This document shows, piece by piece, positions 59,217 to 64,000 of a DNA stretch of 64,000 nucleotides. The stretch lies in assembly GCA_023267375.1 (NCBI GenBank), contig JAHFNJ010000002.1, positions 23,634-87,633 of the forward strand, read 5' to 3'. The stretch is from Candidatus Nomurabacteria bacterium (GTDB lineage Bacteria; Patescibacteriota; Minisyncoccia; Phycocordibacterales; UBA9973). The translations under genes were made by a program, and so were the position numbers. The notes under the pieces are model-generated. The model did no database searches. It was not told the origin of the DNA and worked only from the letters and a program-made list of their open reading frames with translations. Position 1 is the stretch's first letter. Every line of letters begins with the position of its first letter.

Positions 59217-60038
59217 TTGTCTCTTGTGACGTTACGCGCTTTTCAAAAAGAAGTTTACGGGTACTACAAAAAAGAGGGAAGGACACTTCCTTGGCGTCCA
59301 GGTACAAAAAAGCCGGACCCCTATAAAATATTTGTTTCTGAAATAATGCTCCAACAAACGCAGGTGGATCGGGTTATTCCCAAATTTGCGCTTTTTCTGA
59401 AGCAGTTTCCATCATTTAGGGCACTCGCGGCTGCTTCTCAGGCTGACGTTATACGTTCATGGCAGGGTTTAGGATATAACCGCCGAGCGATCAATCTGCA
59501 CCGAAGCGCCGGACAGATCGTACAAGAGCATAAGGGCCATGTCCCTAAGGATACGGAAGCACTTTTGACGCTTCCCGGGGTTGGTCCCTACACAGCAAGT
59601 GCGCTCCGTGCTTTTATTTACAATATTCCTGATGTGCTGATCGAGACAAATGTACGGTCTGCCTATCTCCGTGCATTTTTCCCGGGAGACGAAAAAGTAA
59701 GTGATAGAGAGCTTTTCCCGCTTATTGCAAAGACCATCGATACAAAGAATCCTCGAGAGTGGTACTACGCCCTCATGGACTATGGTGCGATGCAGAAGCG
59801 GACTATCGGGAATGAAAGCAGACGCAGTGCGCACTACAGTAAACAATCGGTTTTTAAAGGTTCTGCTAGGCAGATTCGCGGCAGAATCGTTGCGGCGCTA
59901 TCGAAGCATGCTTCGATGACCACAGTAGAGCTTGTACGAGCTTGCGCCACCCCAAAAGCACGTGTGGAAAAAGAAATCACACGATTGATTGCCGAAGGAT
60001 TTATTGTGAACACGAAAGGATATTTTTCACTTCGGTAA
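59217..60038 (+). CDS. mutY: A/G-specific adenine glycosylase (MutY-like, no Fe-S cysteines)
   Basis: LPWR, VSEIMLQQTQV, WQGLGYNRRA, LPGVGPYTA. Confidence 0.85.
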   Translation: MSLVTLRAFQKEVYGYYKKEGRTLPWRPGTKKPDPYKIFVSEIMLQQTQVDRVIPKFALFLKQFPSFRALAAASQADVIRSWQGLGYNRRAINLHRSAGQIVQEHKGHVPKDTEALLTLPGVGPYTASALRAFIYNIPDVLIETNVRSAYLRAFFPGDEKVSDRELFPLIAKTIDTKNPREWYYALMDYGAMQKRTIGNESRRSAHYSKQSVFKGSARQIRGRIVAALSKHASMTTVELVRACATPKARVEKEITRLIAEGFIVNTKGYFSLR

Positions 60039-60103
60039 CTACTTGCCTCTGGTTTTTTGGTGAATATAATATTAGTAATTATTAGTTTCATGATTTAATT
60101 ATT

Positions 60104-61417
60104 ATGAGAAACTTTAAAATTGGTTTTGGTTTTCCTAAAATGGCAACACCGTCACATGTGCGTGTGGCCATCATTACCAGTCTCGTCACTTTCCTTGTTA
60201 TTCTTGGTATCCTTTTTCTTGTTGTATGGACGCATCGTGGTGCCGTCTTTAATTATTTTGCCCGTGAATATGTACAGCAGAGTCAAAATGGCGGGGCTGA
60301 CGCAGGCAGCACTGGCGCAGATGCAAAGAATAATCAGTTATCAGGACTTTTTTCACAGCAATCGATGGTGGTTGATGCTGTAAAGAAAGCGAATCCTGCG
60401 GTTGTTTCGATTGTTATCAGTAAGGAAGTTCCGAAATACAGCACCTCATATCAAACAGTGCCGAATCCGTTTGGTGATTTTTTTGGCGGCGGTTTTCCTG
60501 GTTTTAATTTTCAAATGCCACAGCAACAACAAAATGGTACTGAGAAAAAAGAAATTGGCGGTGGTTCAGGATTTCTTGTTTCAGCCGATGGCCTGATTGT
60601 CACTAATCGCCATGTGGTGGATGATAAAACAGCTGAATACACGGTATTTACGAATGATGGCAAGAAACATGATGCAAAAGTGGTTGCTCGCGATGCAGTG
60701 CTCGATGTGGCACTTATCAAAATAGACGGCAGGGATTATCCGTATCTGACGTTTGCTGATTCCGACAAGCTAGAACTTGGACAGAGCGTTGTTGCTATTG
60801 GTAATGCACTTGCTCAATTCAGAAATTCCGTTTCTGTTGGGGTGGTCTCAGGGCTCTCTCGTTCTATCACTGCTGGAGACAATAGGGGGCAGTCTGAAGC
60901 GCTTTCGAACGTAATTCAGACTGATGCAGCCATTAATCCAGGAAACTCTGGCGGGCCATTGCTCGATCTTGAAGGTCACGTTATCGGTGTAAATGTAGCG
61001 ATTGTGCAGGGGTCAGAAAATATCGGCTTTGCGTTACCGATCAATAGTATTGAGAGCACCATTCAATCTGTAAAAGATACAGGGAAGATTGTTCGGCCGT
61101 ATGTTGGTATTCGCTATGTCCCTATTACTTCAGAATTGAAGGAAAAGAATAGCCTCTCGGTTGATTATGGTATTTTGGTTCAGCGCGGCGAAACAAAAAA
61201 TGACCTCGCTGTTATTCCAGGTTCGCCAGCCGATAAGGCGGGCATTGTGGAAAATGATATCGTACTTGAAGTTGATGGAACAAAACTGGATGAAGATCAT
61301 GATTTAGCAACTATGATTCGTGGCAAGAAAGTGGGCGATACCGTTACATTTAAGATTTTACATCGTGGAGATTACAAAACAGTGTCAGTAAAACTAGAAG
61401 CAGCGCCACAGAGCTAG
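60104..61417 (+). CDS. htrA: HtrA/DegP-like serine protease with PDZ domain
   Basis: TNRHVV, DVA, QTDAAINPGNSGGPL, one PDZ domain. Confidence 0.93.
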   Translation: MRNFKIGFGFPKMATPSHVRVAIITSLVTFLVILGILFLVVWTHRGAVFNYFAREYVQQSQNGGADAGSTGADAKNNQLSGLFSQQSMVVDAVKKANPAVVSIVISKEVPKYSTSYQTVPNPFGDFFGGGFPGFNFQMPQQQQNGTEKKEIGGGSGFLVSADGLIVTNRHVVDDKTAEYTVFTNDGKKHDAKVVARDAVLDVALIKIDGRDYPYLTFADSDKLELGQSVVAIGNALAQFRNSVSVGVVSGLSRSITAGDNRGQSEALSNVIQTDAAINPGNSGGPLLDLEGHVIGVNVAIVQGSENIGFALPINSIESTIQSVKDTGKIVRPYVGIRYVPITSELKEKNSLSVDYGILVQRGETKNDLAVIPGSPADKAGIVENDIVLEVDGTKLDEDHDLATMIRGKKVGDTVTFKILHRGDYKTVSVKLEAAPQS

Positions 61418-61447
61418 GTTTTAGAAATGAGTGTTACGGAAACAGAA

Positions 61448-61484
61448 AACCCACTAACGCAGGTTATCTGTCATTAGTGGGTTG
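61448..61484. terminator. Hairpin between convergent genes
   Basis: AACCCACTAA...TTAGTGGGTT. Confidence 0.55.
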
Positions 61485-61485
61485 T

Positions 61486-61974
61486 TTATTTAATACCCTG
61501 TTTGAAATACACATAGTCAGCTTTCACCTTCCCCAACTCTTCATCGGTAAATCTTTGCATTACCACGTTTTTTGAATGTTCCCGTTCCCAGTCAAGATAC
61601 CTTTTTTCCAGGGATTTCTGATCGTAGCCTTCCTGCTCAAGTTCACGCTTAATAGTAGTGAACACCTCTTGTGCTAAGTAACTGCTACTCTCTACGTCCT
61701 TTTCAAGGTGAAGTCCATGGGCTCTTTCCCTAACCATTTCAGCTATCATTTCTCTGTATTCCTCTGCAAATTTTTGCTTTGCAGCTTTTCTTTCAGAATA
61801 TGAGAGTAATGAATCGCTGGTGTATTCAAGTGCAGCTATTTTCCGCTTGAAGATGCTATCAGTCCGTAGACTGTCTTGCGTAATTTTCAATGCTTCCTGC
61901 GCCTTTTTGTTATCAGTGCAAGAAGTTACGATTGCCATTGCAATCACGATAATAGGTATGATTATTTTTTTCAT
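61486..61974 (-). CDS. Hypothetical lipoprotein-like protein
   Basis: MKK, hydrophobic stretch, VTSC lipobox-like motif. Confidence 0.65.
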   Translation of the reverse strand: MKKIIIPIIVIAMAIVTSCTDNKKAQEALKITQDSLRTDSIFKRKIAALEYTSDSLLSYSERKAAKQKFAEEYREMIAEMVRERAHGLHLEKDVESSSYLAQEVFTTIKRELEQEGYDQKSLEKRYLDWEREHSKNVVMQRFTDEELGKVKADYVYFKQGIK

Positions 61975-62126
61975 TGGCTTGGATTTTTATTGGTTTCCAT
62001 AAGAGACGGTATCTCCTCTGGGAGCCAATAAAACCAAGGTTTCAAGGAACTTTTACACTATAACACAGTAGCATAATTCATTGACTTTGTCAAATACAAA
62101 TAGATATTAGTAGGCTCGGCTCCACT

Positions 62127-62234
62127 GGAGCGAACCTAGAGCTTTTGAAAAGCCTTGCGCAGACTGACGAGTCGAGCAGAGAAAATTTTCAGCAGGAAAT
62201 TATTCGTGCTTTTCAAAAGCTCTAACTGAGCGTA
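62127..62234. repeat. Structured intergenic element GGAGCGAACC...GAGCGTA, copy 2
   Basis: 16-bp perfect stem 62137-62152/62209-62224. Confidence 0.75.
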
Positions 62235-62236
62235 TT

Positions 62237-62932
62237 TTATTTTATTCCTTTTATCTCTCTCCACTCGCCAGGTTTTAAGTGGCCCAACATGAATTTACCA
62301 ATACGGTTACGTTGTAGTGAAGTAACTTTGTAACCCAAAGCTTCGCACATGCGACGGATTTGGCGATTTTTGCCTTCAGTTAAAATGATCGTAAAACTTT
62401 TATCACCACTTATTTTTACCTTGCATGGTTTTGAGATGAACCCTTCTTTCCCTTGCGACGTTTCTGGAACTTTTACGCCGTGTTCTATTTTATCTCTGAA
62501 GTCTTTACGGAGTAGTTTATCAACACTGACCGCGTATTCTTTTTCGTGTTCGAACTCTGGAGAGAGAAGTTCTTTAGTGATTCGGCCGTCGTTCGTCATA
62601 ATGATGAGACCTGTTGATTCTTTATCAAGACGTCCGATAGGGAATACTTTAACAGGGAATTTTGAAGTGCGTAGAATATCCTTTTCACCTGTTTCTGGGT
62701 TTGTCGTCACAATGCCACGTGGCTTATTGTAGAGGAAATAACGTGCGTCTTTTTGTTTACCGCGTATTTCTACCTTATCCTTTTCGGTGACTTTCTGTCC
62801 GAGTACGGCCTTTTTGCCATTCACGAATACTTTTCCTTCAGTAACGAGCACATCCGCTTCGCGTCGTGTCGCCAAGCCTTTATCAGCGAGATATTTATTT
62901 ACTCGTACACCAGATTTTGTAGTTTCTTCCAT
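62237..62932 (-). CDS. rRNA pseudouridine synthase (RsuA/RluB/RluF family)
   Basis: S4 domain, NKPRG, GRLDKES, EGKNRQIRRM. Confidence 0.93.
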   Translation of the reverse strand: MEETTKSGVRVNKYLADKGLATRREADVLVTEGKVFVNGKKAVLGQKVTEKDKVEIRGKQKDARYFLYNKPRGIVTTNPETGEKDILRTSKFPVKVFPIGRLDKESTGLIIMTNDGRITKELLSPEFEHEKEYAVSVDKLLRKDFRDKIEHGVKVPETSQGKEGFISKPCKVKISGDKSFTIILTEGKNRQIRRMCEALGYKVTSLQRNRIGKFMLGHLKPGEWREIKGIK

Positions 62933-62955
62933 AATTTTTTCTGCTTAGTGGTAAT

Positions 62956-64000
62956 TTACGACTTGCTAAGTGATAGTGCTACGAAAATGCCGAACAACAT
63001 AATGATACCTAGCGTTAAAAAGAGTGATGATAACGGGATAACGAGTAAAATGCCGGTGGCAATCGCAGGGCCAATGATGTAGCCCAGAGGTATCGTATCA
63101 CGGAAAATGCCAATAAGTGCTGGGTTGTCATCGCGGACCTTTTTGAAGAAATACGTCTCAGACATTACTTCGACGGTAGCAGCTCCCACACGAGTGAAAA
63201 AGAGTACTATCATCCACGTCAGGATACTTTTGCTGTGAATAAACGAAACCGATGCCGTTGCGAGCGCCATGACCGCAAAACCGATTGCGAGAATGCCACG
63301 CTCGCCATATTTTTTATCTGCAAAATATCCTAGCGGAAATTGGAGTAGTGAGAATGGCAGGAGCATGACGAGGAAGATAAGACCGATTTCTGTCCAAGTG
63401 AATCCGATAGTTCCGTTGAGATACAGCGGTGTGTAAATAATCATCCATGAAAAGAAAAATTGCAGCAAAAAGTTTGCGCTCGTGATGCGGCGAAGGCCTT
63501 TGTGAGTTTTTAAAAAATGTATGGTCTCAGCGAATGATCGTTTTTTATACGGCGCATCGGTGTATTTTTTCATGAGGAGGTGCACGTACAGAAGAATAAG
63601 CACCATGAGCCCTCCGGCAAGCATGTAAATACTACTGTAGCCGAAAAGGCTGATGACTACGCCTGAGAGTAGTGGTGCTCCAATCCAAGCCAAGTTGGTG
63701 AAAGACAGATAAAACCCCCGTGTCTGTCCTGTAGCTTTTGCCTCGGTAAAGTGTTCAATAAAGAGGTCGAGTGAAAAGGCAATAAGCGTATTTGATGCGA
63801 AGAACATAATAAAAAGCACTGAAAGGGCCAGTGCGTCATGGCTGTATGCCATCCCGAACAACGAGGTGGCATTTATCGTTACAAGGAACAATGTTGCAGC
63901 ACGGTTACCGATCGCAGGGAGCACTTCGGGTAATACCCAGAGTCCGAGGAGAGATATGAGTGACGCAACGGTATAAAGAAGTCCGACAATACTTCCTTCG
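62956..64000 (-). CDS. MFS transporter (5' end outside window)
   Basis: Multiple TM helices, G.FADKKYGER; the frame stays open to the window edge. Confidence 0.85.
   Translation of the reverse strand, partial: EGSIVGLLYTVASLISLLGLWVLPEVLPAIGNRAATLFLVTINATSLFGMAYSHDALALSVLFIMFFASNTLIAFSLDLFIEHFTEAKATGQTRGFYLSFTNLAWIGAPLLSGVVISLFGYSSIYMLAGGLMVLILLYVHLLMKKYTDAPYKKRSFAETIHFLKTHKGLRRITSANFLLQFFFSWMIIYTPLYLNGTIGFTWTEIGLIFLVMLLPFSLLQFPLGYFADKKYGERGILAIGFAVMALATASVSFIHSKSILTWMIVLFFTRVGAATVEVMSETYFFKKVRDDNPALIGIFRDTIPLGYIIGPAIATGILLVIPLSSLFLTLGIIMLFGIFVALSLSKS

Noticed and set aside
62164..62200. CTGACGA...GAAA resembling a hammerhead ribozyme core
   Set aside because: The CTGACGA lies inside a GACT/AGTC hairpin, the homologous copy reads CTGGCGA, and I could not build the three hammerhead stems.

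Overview
Bacterial chromosome segment. The gene content suggests a Patescibacteria/CPR (Parcubacteria-like) genome: ComF plus a complete type IV pilus locus with no secretin in view, a shortened RF2, giant Ig-repeat surface proteins and many leaderless genes. This taxonomic call is inference. Bases 1-9490 are a visibly AT-richer integrated element. It carries a DNA methyltransferase, TerS/TerL with no adjacent portal, a T5orf172 nuclease, a large serine recombinase, a tandem ADP-ribosyltransferase effector and a P-type ATPase, and it ends at the 3' end of tRNA-Ser(GCT). The rest is core genome: T4P, ligA, gatCA, prfB, ftsEX, pyrG, rlmB, mutY, htrA and two adhesins. Main observations: (1) a conserved ~185-bp element after two different tRNAs, carrying a hairpin-split antisense copy of its own tRNA's 3' end plus a direct repeat of it; (2) a ~133-bp inverted-repeat element found twice, each time at a start codon with ATGAA duplicated; (3) an intact tRNA-Ser with the unusual anticodon ACT; (4) a protein in which one repeated scaffold brackets two different ART-like domains, with a small leaderless helical ORF in front, an arrangement repeated at a second locus; (5) a CarF/TMEM189-type lipid desaturase. 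Coordinates of non-ORF features were counted by hand and may be off by a few bases.
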